Below, piece after piece: positions 1 through 9,155 of a DNA stretch of 19,108 nucleotides. The translations under genes and the position numbers were made by a program. The number at the start of each line of letters is the position of its first letter. The first letter of the stretch is position 1. Source of the stretch: Oligoflexales bacterium (GTDB taxonomy: Bacteria; Bdellovibrionota_B; Oligoflexia; Oligoflexales; CAIYRB01); assembly GCA_041736175.1 (NCBI GenBank), contig JBGSUI010000087.1:1-19108 (forward strand), written 5' to 3'. The notes under the pieces are model-generated. The model ran no database searches. It saw nothing but the letters and a program-made list of their open reading frames with translations, and was not told the origin of the DNA.

Positions 1-141
1 CTCCGTCCTTCATTTTTACTTACAAAGGACGTCTACCCCTAGACTCTTGTGAACACAATAGTTTAGGGGCTTTTTTATTCAACCCTAGGATAATTTGTTA
101 ATGTTGGGGGGTTTTCCCCTCACGTATTGTGGTGACTCACA
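1..141 (-). mobile_element. Possible end of an insertion sequence (TGT-starting terminus) interrupting the ATPase pseudogene; runs off the window
   Basis: Minus-strand protein homology (…GGVQRVVF) stops just before the expected E-x-K of the nuclease-like motif. The sequence switches to TGTGAGTCACCACAATA at 141. TGT termini are typical of IS481/IS21/IS30-type elements. No transposase is visible. Confidence 0.35.
36..76 (+). terminator. Intrinsic terminator-like hairpin
   Basis: CCCCTAGACT-C-TTGT-GAAC-ACAA-T-AGTTTAGGGG stem-loop (36-69) followed by C and TTTTTT (71-76). Confidence 0.55.
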
Positions 142-1030
142 AAAAACCACCCTTTGCACACCTCCCTTGTTTGCTCCTTTGGTTTTTGAACCTTCAACAT
201 CTGTGCCATTAGGCCACGTGAGGAGTATATCCGTGCGCCCTCTACCAAGGCCATACTCTCGGTCGATACGACCTCCGCCGTTGACAACCCGCTGGAGATA
301 GGCTTGTAGAAGCAGCTGGGGTCCGGCTTCTTTGTAATCAAAGCGCTCAATCCAGGATTCGCTGTTTTCGCGAAAAAACTTTTGAAAATCTTCGAGGAGC
401 TTTTCCACGGCGATGGAGCCGTCGGGACTTATGTACCATTGGCGGGTGACTACAGAATCCAACAGAGTTTGATTGATGTAGGTTAACTGTCGCGGAATGA
501 CTTCGTGATAGATTGGGTTTGCTATTTTTAATCCCGAGGGGGTTTTGGCCACAAGCCCAAGGTCTATGCAGTATTCCAGGTCTTCTTGAAGCAAGACGGG
601 CGGTAGCTCTCCCCTAAGCATCGGCTCAATCCGTAAAAATTTGGCCAGTAGCCCTAGTATGCTGCAATTAAAGATCCCTGACCTCTTCGCGCCTAAATGG
701 TCCAATTGTAAGAGATCTGGAATTGACATTAATACAACTTCCACCGGTGACGGGTTCTTTCTCGGATGAGGCTTGGATCCTATAGTCTCTGATATCGAGG
801 ACGCCGCAGAGGATGATACTTTGGGGGAAATGTTCCGGTCTTGAAGCATAGCCATCTCGAAGTTGGCGTAGGACAGAAACCAGTGTGTCGCCAATCAGTG
901 AGTCAATTTCATCCTAATTTCCTTTCGCATTAGCAAAGCGGCGGAAACCTCTCCCTTTAGGGCCCTTTAGGGCGGGGTAGTTGACCGATAAGGACCACTA
1001 TAGGTAGCGGGCTCTGACGAGTCCACGCAG
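142..1030 (-). pseudogene. Decayed AAA-family ATPase with C-terminal PD-(D/E)xK-like domain
   Basis: One minus frame reads SAWTRQSPLPIVVLI|DEIDSLIGDTLVSVLRQLRDGYASRPEHFPQSIILCGVLDIRDYRI…GGSCINV…EEVRDL*LQHTRATGQIFTD (Walker B hhhhDE; TAA at 670-668). A frame switch at ~630 gives IEPMLRGE…DLEYCIDLGLV…IANPIYHEVIPRQL…EAGPQLLLQAYLQRVVNGGGRIDREYGLGRGRTD. Walker A/N-terminus is absent, and there is an insertion at 913-985. The track ORF 85..894 is a chimera of these frames. Confidence 0.85.
913..985 (-). mobile_element. 73-bp miniature non-autonomous IS200/IS605-family (IscB-type) element / PATE
   Basis: Minus strand GTCAACTACCCCGCCCTAAAGGG|CCCTAAAGGGAGAGGTTTCCGCCGCTTTGCTAATGCGAAAGGAAATTAGG resembles the two hairpin ends of IscB/HEARO-omegaRNA elements, fused. 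Removing it restores ATC-G|AT-GAA-ATT-GAC (IDEID). There is no target duplication and the 3' flank is ATGAA. Confidence 0.8.
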
Positions 1031-1085
1031 ACGAACGGTCTTTATATAGCCTGTTTTGGCGATTTTTAAAAAGAAATGTGTGCAG

Positions 1086-1847
1086 TTAAAGAACATTTTT
1101 GTCGAACTGTTGTTTCTTAATATCACTTCGATCCACATCGACACTCTGGATGGTCATGGTCGAAAAGTTATTGGTCCCCGAGATCTTTACGGTGATTTTC
1201 ATAGGGGTTAGGAAACCCTTAACATCTTTCAGATCTTCCATAATCAGCTCTTTTTGGACTTTGCCGTCCTTCCCATAGTATTCGATCTTGACCGGCATAA
1301 AATCAGCAACTCTAATAAAATTGATCGTGTAAGAATACTTTTTGCCTGCCGATTTAGGGACTGATTTCACCTTATAATGAGGGGCACCATTTAAATCCAC
1401 CTCGCACTTTGGTACGCAAACAAGCTCATGCTTAAAGTCAGATTCCTTTGCAAATTGGAGATCCGAATAATCAAAATGAGATTGACTAAAGCTCTGATCT
1501 TCTGCCGAAGCCGAGATCCGCTTGGGCTGACCACTGCTTGTTTTAAGCCATCGGTCATCATCGCCTTTTTTACGGCTATGAACCAAAAACTTGGTCGCAG
1601 TGGGCTTTATAAATTCAATAAGCGAGTACGATTCCTCCTCTGATTCTTTGAGAGTCAAGACTTTAAAGACCTTTTCTACCTTGGATCCTTCTTTACTAAT
1701 CGTTAACAGCACCTCTGCTTTGCTGTTTTTTGGACTCTCACGGGCTTCGACCTTCGCAACAATATCCTCAACCTTGGGATTTTGGGCATAGGATTGGGCA
1801 GTGACTCCAAAGATCGTTGATACAAAAAAAATCGATTCTTTTAACAT
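1086..1847 (-). CDS. LolA-like outer membrane lipoprotein-sorting protein (TP_0789/DUF1329-like fold)
   Basis: Signal peptide (…AQSYA|Q), DDRWL…KRIS…QSFSQSHFDYSDL motif, P-x-KIEYYGKDGK-x-x-K, C-terminal FDKNVL. AAGGAG RBS in the 12-nt gap. Confidence 0.85.
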   Translation of the reverse strand: MLKESIFFVSTIFGVTAQSYAQNPKVEDIVAKVEARESPKNSKAEVLLTISKEGSKVEKVFKVLTLKESEEESYSLIEFIKPTATKFLVHSRKKGDDDRWLKTSSGQPKRISASAEDQSFSQSHFDYSDLQFAKESDFKHELVCVPKCEVDLNGAPHYKVKSVPKSAGKKYSYTINFIRVADFMPVKIEYYGKDGKVQKELIMEDLKDVKGFLTPMKITVKISGTNNFSTMTIQSVDVDRSDIKKQQFDKNVL

Positions 1848-1859
1848 AGTAAAACTCCT

Positions 1860-4800
1860 TTATGGTTGACAGATACCTAGATCTAAAATGTCTTGAATTC
1901 CCCTTCCAAAAGCTGCCCTGATACTTCCAGGGGTTTGCCCTGGGCCTTTGAACTTAATCGAACCGGGAAACTGGTTGTTAGAAAGTTGGAGATTCAATGT
2001 GGTTGGAAAAACAGGGTTTCCCGAATCACAGTAAAATCCAATGGGCTCATCATCCTCAAGTCGGGCATTGCCATTAAGGTCCTTCCAGCCAACCAACAAA
2101 ACCCCCTGAATCTGACGGTTACCCTCATCGACGACCCCCGGTACAAGAGCCTGGAAGATATTGATTTGGTATTTTGATGCTATCTGAAAGGTCTTTTGAC
2201 CATAGGCTACCACTTTATCGTAATCAATATTGGTGAGTGAGGCAAGGTTGGCTGGATTTGCTTCCTGTTTGTAAGCTGCGAGCATTAAGTTGTCACCCTC
2301 GCTAAAAGACAGTTGTCCTGAAAGGGCTATCTCCGAAATCCTCCCCATATGATCATAATACTTTCTCTTGATGACCAGGGAGTATCCATTGGAGTTGATA
2401 TTGTTGACTCCCTCAACCAGAGTCCAACTGGTCGCAAAACTGGATCCGTTGAGTAAAATCCCTGCGAAGGCTCCTTCGACTATCTGAGTCTGGCTCAAGG
2501 GGTCAGAGACTGGATTTTGGAGAGCAAGGGCCATGATTTTTTGGCCTGGCATCAGATCTGTAGTGGCTAAGGAGATGTTAAAATTGGAGGTCCCGCTGGG
2601 GAGCACCCGGTATTCTTTGAGATATTTAAGGGGCTCTCTGGTGAGATTTGCTAGATCAGTCTCCTGAAAGACGGCAACAACTGTAGGATAACTTGCACTA
2701 TTGGTCATATTGCTATCGATCACCCCTTCAAGCACCAGATTTTGCTGGGCGGGTTGCTGGATGCGAAGGGGTGAGTTGAGGGAGACGGTGTCCGCAAAAT
2801 CGTTGGTCAAAGCAAAAGACTTTGGAAAACTGTTTACGCGGGCACTTGAGAAATAAACCTCTTCACCAGGGTCTGGTTTGCCGTTTCGATTGGAGTCTAA
2901 GAGAGCAAAAACCATCACCGCCTCTAAGGGGAGCTTTTGGGTGGGCAGGACGTTGATTTTAAAACTGGCTTGGCCTATTGATTTTTCGAAATCAGCTAAT
3001 CCGACTACATCTTTTGGATTAAGAGAATTAACTGACATCCCATCCAGCGATCCTTTATAGACAAGGGCCAAAACCCTTCCACTATAATTTGAGTTTAAAA
3101 AAGCTACATCGATGGTTTTGACAGTGTCATAGAGGGTAAACTCTACCGCAATATCTCCATCGGTTTGACCTTGTTCTCTCAATGGAAAGACATAGCCTTC
3201 AAGCCCCCGCTGGAAGATCCCAATCCGGTCGCCAACGCTTGGTCCTTGGGACTCATCCTGGTCGACCCATGCTCCTACAATAATCGAATCCCCTGGCGCT
3301 AAATCCGTATTGGTAAGATCGATCCCATAGGTCGAAGGGCGCCCTTCTAATTTTTGAAGATACCGCATAGCCTTAAGTGGATCTCGGCTGAGTTCTTCTA
3401 AATTCTGAGACCTTGCGACAAAAAGGTATGCGGGCTTACTGGCATCTGTATCGGACCAAGTGAGTTTGCCAGAAAGCTGGATCGGATATCCCTTGGGTTG
3501 GGGAAGCGTAAGGACTTGGTTTAGTGAAACGCGGATGCGCTGCCCGCGATTAACCGCAGTTTTTTGGGGGATGCGATCGGGGCGACTGCTAAAATAATAC
3601 AGGGGCTCTCCTGGATCTAAAGCTTGGTTGCCATTGAGGTCGTCGATTAAGAAAAGATAGACCGACGCGGGAAATTCATAGCCTATGGGAGTGACTTTAA
3701 GTTCAAACCGATTCGTGGTACCAACCTTTAAAAAACCTAAAATATCCCTCGGATTGACTTCAATATCGCTTAAATTGTCGATGGGACCACCATAAGCAAC
3801 AGCAAAAAGATTGCGCCCTTTTGAGCTATCAATCGCGAGTTCACCCTCCAGGACTGCTTCACCATCATAGAGGGGGCGGTCCACGTCGATCACAATCTCG
3901 CCTTGTTCTCCCTCCTTCAACTCATAGCTCCAAGCGTTAGATCCTGTATAAAACCCCACCAAATCGTTTGGAGTCAGACGAGGAAAATCCCTGTAGTCTC
4001 TGTCCACAAGTGCGGCGATGACCACTTTGTCCCCTGGTTTTTTTCCGACTTTCGCGAGATCGAAATTAAAATAAGGTTGATTAAGGGAAACCTCTTTTAC
4101 GGAATAAAGCTTTTGGGAGATTTCACTGGGCGAAAAAGATTCGAGAGCGTTGTCTAAAACCATAACATAAATCTTGGATCCGGCGACTGAGGAGTTGACA
4201 TTAACCCGCCCCTTTAAGGTGACCGGAACCAACGAAGGCGTCGGAATAATCGTCCTATGATTAAAAACAAAACTATAGATATCCCCCAGCCTGATATCTA
4301 AAAATAGGGGCTCGTCTTTGGATTCTTGATAGGCAAAATGGAGCACCTCCCCAGGATCTGCGGTTTCATTGCCATTGGCGTCCTCGACGATAAAAGCCAT
4401 GCCGCGGACGGGAAGTTTTCGATTGGTGACCAAATCGCTCATGGAGACTTCAAACCGATCCGTCTCTTTATTGCCGGTAACTACCGAAATAAAATCATTG
4501 TAGTCATAGGTTTGATTGATAAGATCTAGGGGATTGCCCGCATAAAGGCTCGCTATGACTTTTCCTCGGTAGTCATTGTCCAGAATCCCTAAAACGGAAA
4601 TCTTATCCCGATAAGATGTTTTATCTACGACAAGATCGATCCCAGCATTGTCTCCATCTTTAAGGGTCAAGCCCAGCTTTCCATTTTGCATATAGATTCC
4701 AACAAGTGATTTTTCATCTAATTTTGGTATGATTTGATCATCTGTAGAAGTAAGCGCCAGTATCTGTACACGATCCCCAGGCTTAAGCGCCGTATTTGTG

Positions 4801-6593
4801 AGCGATACCGTATACTGTTTTGCTGACCCTGGGACTTTCTGGTAGGATTTTACGTATTTTAAGGGATCAACGATCACTTTTTCGATGTCGTCCGACTGGG
4901 CAACAAGGACGTAGATATATTTAGGTAGTTCTGACGTGGAAAGATGAAACTTTCCTCGGACGGTCATATTGAAGAAGCTAGGAATTTGCAGGGTATAAAG
5001 ATAAGTCAAATCAAAATTAACCTGATCACCTTTGCCTAACTTTATTTTACGAGGTTTTCCCTCCTGGTCTAAAGGGAGTTGAACCATTTCTCCTGGATCA
5101 GCTTTCATATTGCCGTTAGCATCTAAAACACCAATCATATAGACTTCGAGCGGCCATTTTTGGCCGATGCTATAGGTATCGACTTGGACTGTGGCCTTTT
5201 GGTCTACTTTATCGAACAAATTTAACCCAAAGACTTTGTCAGGATCAATCGCCTTAGTATCAAGGGAGATCTCTCCCCCATAGGCAACCACAAGAACCTT
5301 TCCCTTGTAAGGATTGTCAAGGCTGACGTTTACCGTAGCCTTGCCTTCGTAATACTTTCGGTTGAGGTTTATCGTAAACCCTCCATTTACTCCTGCCACC
5401 AATTTTTTTTCGATGATGCGCTGGTCTTCGAGCGGCAGACCCAGTCCATCTCCTTCGGTCAACATCGGCAAGCCACGAATCTCCTGATCTCCGAGACTAA
5501 AGACGGTGATCACGTCGCCAACCTCCGCGGGAGATTGGGTCAAATCGACTTCGAATTCTCCACCATCGAGGCCAACCTTTGCGAATCCCAAAACCTGCTT
5601 AGTAGCTTGGTCGAATTTGATTCCGGGACCACTTTGTTTGGCGACAATCACAAAGATTCTCTTGGACTCAGCTTTGATTTCGGGACTGATATTGATGGTA
5701 CCTTTGACGATGATTGGTTGATTTTTCTGTTTTGGAATCTTAAAACGGTGTTTAATATTGAGGGGACCAATCGAGGCTTGGGTGATATTGACCTGCGACG
5801 GAAGCTCGTCACTGCGGTCTGTAAAAAAACCAAAATTTTCGTCTGGATCAGCTTTTTGGTTATTGTTCTCATCAAAAAAGCTGAAAGGATAACACCATTC
5901 CGTAGGCTGACCTAAAAACAACTCAAAGGAAAATTTTTGGCGAACATAGTTGGTCTTCTTTTCTAGCGGTCTCACATAGACCACATTTGACATGGCGAGC
6001 TTGTTGAGTGACAAACCATCAATCTCTCCACAATAGAGACCTACTTGGAAAGTACCGACAAAAGCCTCGCTATTTTCAAACTCGACCTCTAACCTTCGCC
6101 CCGCAGACACCCTTGAGACCTCAATATCCGCCTGGATCCTATCATTCTTTCCTAGATCGACTGCCAATCCTGGTTTCAGGTCCTGAACATAAAAGCCTAT
6201 AAGATCGCCCTTGGAAACCTTGGGGGCTTTTTTCGAACTAAAATCGCGGTCAACAAAGGCAAAAATCTGTAGTTCTCTAGGGCCGCTACCAAATTTTTTC
6301 GAGTCCAAAACAATCTGGTAATTTTCCAGATCGTTGGTCGCTACAAACTGCTTTATATGGACCATGGGATCGTCTATCAATTCATGAAACGGTGCCTCCG
6401 AAATCCCGACGATAACTGTAGCGTTACCGATGTCACGTTTAAGGTCATCGGGAATTTTAAGGGACCCTGAAATGGTTGCTCGATACTTTTTATTTTTTTT
6501 GATGCAGGAAGTGAAGCCAAAGATACTCAAGCCTAAGAAGCTCAACAAAAGCGCACATCTGAACAAAAAATTGTCGTGAAGTTGTTGTTTCAT
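1860..6593 (-). CDS. Giant lipoprotein with six tandem ~248-aa modules bearing D-x-N-x-N-x-x-x-D-x-x-E Ca-binding-like loops (DUF2141-like beta-sandwich subdomains)
   Basis: 1577-aa ORF with hydrophobic leader and FTSC lipobox (Cys30). Loop motifs start at aa 241, 491, 738, 985, 1233 and 1505. GAGGG RBS upstream. Confidence 0.8.
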   Translation of the reverse strand: MKQQLHDNFLFRCALLLSFLGLSIFGFTSCIKKNKKYRATISGSLKIPDDLKRDIGNATVIVGISEAPFHELIDDPMVHIKQFVATNDLENYQIVLDSKKFGSGPRELQIFAFVDRDFSSKKAPKVSKGDLIGFYVQDLKPGLAVDLGKNDRIQADIEVSRVSAGRRLEVEFENSEAFVGTFQVGLYCGEIDGLSLNKLAMSNVVYVRPLEKKTNYVRQKFSFELFLGQPTEWCYPFSFFDENNNQKADPDENFGFFTDRSDELPSQVNITQASIGPLNIKHRFKIPKQKNQPIIVKGTINISPEIKAESKRIFVIVAKQSGPGIKFDQATKQVLGFAKVGLDGGEFEVDLTQSPAEVGDVITVFSLGDQEIRGLPMLTEGDGLGLPLEDQRIIEKKLVAGVNGGFTINLNRKYYEGKATVNVSLDNPYKGKVLVVAYGGEISLDTKAIDPDKVFGLNLFDKVDQKATVQVDTYSIGQKWPLEVYMIGVLDANGNMKADPGEMVQLPLDQEGKPRKIKLGKGDQVNFDLTYLYTLQIPSFFNMTVRGKFHLSTSELPKYIYVLVAQSDDIEKVIVDPLKYVKSYQKVPGSAKQYTVSLTNTALKPGDRVQILALTSTDDQIIPKLDEKSLVGIYMQNGKLGLTLKDGDNAGIDLVVDKTSYRDKISVLGILDNDYRGKVIASLYAGNPLDLINQTYDYNDFISVVTGNKETDRFEVSMSDLVTNRKLPVRGMAFIVEDANGNETADPGEVLHFAYQESKDEPLFLDIRLGDIYSFVFNHRTIIPTPSLVPVTLKGRVNVNSSVAGSKIYVMVLDNALESFSPSEISQKLYSVKEVSLNQPYFNFDLAKVGKKPGDKVVIAALVDRDYRDFPRLTPNDLVGFYTGSNAWSYELKEGEQGEIVIDVDRPLYDGEAVLEGELAIDSSKGRNLFAVAYGGPIDNLSDIEVNPRDILGFLKVGTTNRFELKVTPIGYEFPASVYLFLIDDLNGNQALDPGEPLYYFSSRPDRIPQKTAVNRGQRIRVSLNQVLTLPQPKGYPIQLSGKLTWSDTDASKPAYLFVARSQNLEELSRDPLKAMRYLQKLEGRPSTYGIDLTNTDLAPGDSIIVGAWVDQDESQGPSVGDRIGIFQRGLEGYVFPLREQGQTDGDIAVEFTLYDTVKTIDVAFLNSNYSGRVLALVYKGSLDGMSVNSLNPKDVVGLADFEKSIGQASFKINVLPTQKLPLEAVMVFALLDSNRNGKPDPGEEVYFSSARVNSFPKSFALTNDFADTVSLNSPLRIQQPAQQNLVLEGVIDSNMTNSASYPTVVAVFQETDLANLTREPLKYLKEYRVLPSGTSNFNISLATTDLMPGQKIMALALQNPVSDPLSQTQIVEGAFAGILLNGSSFATSWTLVEGVNNINSNGYSLVIKRKYYDHMGRISEIALSGQLSFSEGDNLMLAAYKQEANPANLASLTNIDYDKVVAYGQKTFQIASKYQINIFQALVPGVVDEGNRQIQGVLLVGWKDLNGNARLEDDEPIGFYCDSGNPVFPTTLNLQLSNNQFPGSIKFKGPGQTPGSIRAAFGRGIQDILDLGICQP

Positions 6594-6610
6594 GTTTCCC
6601 TCGTCTCTTT

Positions 6611-8050
6611 TCAGAAGCCGTAACTCAGGTCATAAGAAAGATAATCCTTTGTCCGCCAATAATAGAAAACCGACCCCAAATCATCACCGGTTGGGACTGG
6701 ACCGTCATAGAGGGCAAGACTCAAACCATGTTTTAAGGTTTCACCCACAAACACTGCCTTGACCATTTTAGCGTCCCCTTGCAGCGCTAAATCTCTGATA
6801 TGAGTTACAAATAGCTCTACCCGATCTTCAAAGGCACCAGTTCGCAAATTGTTGACCAGTAAATCCCCCGTTAATCCACCAAGGACACCCGCTTTTAAAT
6901 ATCTTTGGGCATTATATTCCGTCGTCCATACCGTCTCGGAAAGCTTGAGTCCAAAAATCGAATCGATACTTAAAAAATAGTTAAAACCTACCGTTGAATT
7001 AAGATGCGGTGTTTTTCTCATCTCAACCGGAAAAGTCACCGACTCAATTTGATCTAATTCAAATGATTTTGGAGCCAGCTTGTCCATGGTATAAAGTGAT
7101 TCTCCTTTGAGGAGCCATTTTCCAAAGGTTTGTTGGTACGCCATCCCTGCTGAATTTTTACGAGGTACTAACTGACGGGTTTCTAAAACAAGAGGCTCGT
7201 TATTGACGACCACCAACGAGTAGGGCTCTGCTACTAAATCAGAATCAGCTCCGCTATAAACGATAAAATTAATATCTCCATCAGGAATATTAACATCGTA
7301 TTTAACTCCCATATTGCCCATCCGGCGGACTTTTTCGTCCTGTACGGGACCTAGTCTAAATCGTTGGTTATCGAGATCCAGATGCCAATTTTGCTCAGAA
7401 TCCGGAATAAGTGAGGCTTCAAAAGCCGGAACATAGACTACGGTCAGTGATTGTCCATCTCCAAGCCGGCTCAACCTCATCGATGGAACACTCAAGATCC
7501 CGGTCTCCTTGTCACCAACAAGTCCACCCCGGTAGTCCCGAGGATTCATCACACTGATAGGGTTGATGGAGTCTGCAGTGCCCCAGCCATAACGAATCGA
7601 TCCTACCTGCAACAGCCATCCTTCATCGAGCACTTGGAGATAGGCATCCTTGACGAGCAACTGCTGATTTTGGTCCAATATGGAGCCATTGATGAGATGA
7701 CGTCTCCTGAAATAATAGATCTCGTCTGGGGACCTTGTCTGGTCGTCTTTATTTCCATCGTGATTCCATAGATTGCGATTTCCCGACCATTTGAGGTTCC
7801 AGAGGAGGCTGACAGTGTTCTTGGTAAGTTTTCCCCGATTTGCAGCAGAAATCTCGCGGGATGGACGATATTCACCTCGGTCCTGATCGATCCCATCTCG
7901 CAATCCAATGCCGATTTCTGATGTCTGTTCAACGTCAAAACCCACCAGATTGTCGCCAGCTTCTTCCCCAGCCCATAGATCAACTGCCCCTAAAACGAAG
8001 GCCGCAGTTGCTACTAAGAGAGGATAAATTGTTGAAAATGAAAGGATCAA
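6611..8050 (-). CDS. Outer-membrane beta-barrel (DUF1302-like family usually partnered with LolA-like proteins)
   Basis: Signal peptide, KDAYL…LQVG-x-x-x-x-x-WGTADSINPISVMNPRD motif, amphipathic strands, C-terminal beta-signal YDLSYGF. Start codon (TTG) is uncertain. Confidence 0.75.
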   Translation of the reverse strand: MILSFSTIYPLLVATAAFVLGAVDLWAGEEAGDNLVGFDVEQTSEIGIGLRDGIDQDRGEYRPSREISAANRGKLTKNTVSLLWNLKWSGNRNLWNHDGNKDDQTRSPDEIYYFRRRHLINGSILDQNQQLLVKDAYLQVLDEGWLLQVGSIRYGWGTADSINPISVMNPRDYRGGLVGDKETGILSVPSMRLSRLGDGQSLTVVYVPAFEASLIPDSEQNWHLDLDNQRFRLGPVQDEKVRRMGNMGVKYDVNIPDGDINFIVYSGADSDLVAEPYSLVVVNNEPLVLETRQLVPRKNSAGMAYQQTFGKWLLKGESLYTMDKLAPKSFELDQIESVTFPVEMRKTPHLNSTVGFNYFLSIDSIFGLKLSETVWTTEYNAQRYLKAGVLGGLTGDLLVNNLRTGAFEDRVELFVTHIRDLALQGDAKMVKAVFVGETLKHGLSLALYDGPVPTGDDLGSVFYYWRTKDYLSYDLSYGF

Positions 8051-8116
8051 AGGGGTACTCGAAAAGTTTATACTCGGGGATTGTAAATCTTTATTAAAAC
8101 TGAAGATGACCCCTCC

Positions 8117-8144
8117 TTATCGTCATAGAAACCTAAAATCTTTA
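8117..8144 (-). promoter_or_regulatory. sigma28/FliA-like promoter for the barrel-lipoprotein-LolA operon
   Basis: Minus strand TAAA-N16-GACGATAA vs consensus TAAA-N15-GCCGATAA. Confidence 0.5.
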
Positions 8145-8301
8145 ATAAAGAAAAATATGATTTAACCAATAGATTCTATTCCGAAAAGCGAATTGCTTTT
8201 ATCCCATGTTCCATTCGGTAATCACTTTACAAATCCAAATAAATATGCCTAAAATCACTCGACAAATAACTAATTAAGCCAGACAAGATAGGGCGCGCAC
8301 C

Positions 8302-9144
8302 TTGGAATCAATCCTCAGCTTTCAGACCACAGTGGCAGCATGTTGTCTCGCTTGGGTTCTTCTAGGAGCTCCGCTGGCTCTTGCCAAAGCCTCGCCCCAG
8401 CAGCCACCTCTGGTTTCTAAACCTACCCCAGGGTTAACATCGGAGTTTCTAGAACCCAATGGAACCGATCGAGACCTTATAGAATACGAATTCTCGGTAC
8501 AGGGTGGCTTTATCGAATTAAAAGTCGACAGTTTTGGTGATAATGCTAAGGCCCACCCCTATTCAAATCTTAACCATGGTCTGATGATCAGCCTCTTTTT
8601 GCCAGAAAATTTGCTGCCCACTCCCTTGGGAACATCTGTTTACTTCCAAGGCAAATATATGACATTTTCCGAAAGCATCGACAAAAGGTTTGCTGCCGCC
8701 AAATTTGTTGATTTAGATTATGGGCTCAATTTAATGATAGGACTTATCGACAGGCTTAGGCTCGATGTCAACCTTGGGATTGCTACTAATCCGGCGCTGA
8801 TCCGAAAGTCGTCTGAAGAATTCAAGATCATCAACTACCCATCCCCCACCCTCGGGACCCGCCTTAACTATAGTTTTCCTCTCTCCGAACGGTGGAGTCT
8901 GTCTCTTTTATTGACCCAGTACTATCTCGGTTCGGCAGTGGCTGGAGGGGCCAAGATTAAAGATGGCCTTGGGGTCGGGGCAGGTTTCCAATTCAATCTC
9001 GACCTATATGACGAAGGATATGCCTTTTTTGGCTATTCGGGGACCTCCGAATCCCAAAATTCTGATCAAGCCACAATCAAACGTAACGAAGATTTGATAT
9101 TCTTTGGAATGAGCGCTGAGCTAGGCAACACCGATCCTACTTAA
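8302..9144 (+). CDS. Hypothetical secreted protein, probable small outer-membrane beta-barrel
   Basis: 280-aa ORF with signal peptide (…APLALA), Pro-rich linker, then alternating hydrophobic/aromatic strands (GTRLNYSFPL, GAGFQFNL, YAFFGYSG, IFFGMSAEL). TTG start without a clear RBS. Confidence 0.6.
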   Translation: MESILSFQTTVAACCLAWVLLGAPLALAKASPQQPPLVSKPTPGLTSEFLEPNGTDRDLIEYEFSVQGGFIELKVDSFGDNAKAHPYSNLNHGLMISLFLPENLLPTPLGTSVYFQGKYMTFSESIDKRFAAAKFVDLDYGLNLMIGLIDRLRLDVNLGIATNPALIRKSSEEFKIINYPSPTLGTRLNYSFPLSERWSLSLLLTQYYLGSAVAGGAKIKDGLGVGAGFQFNLDLYDEGYAFFGYSGTSESQNSDQATIKRNEDLIFFGMSAELGNTDPT

Positions 9145-9155
9145 TCTAAATAAAA

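Noticed and set aside
85..894. Track ORF of 269 aa as an intact gene
   Set aside because: Its first ~88 aa are the wrong frame of the ATPase pseudogene, and its last residues run into unrelated sequence.
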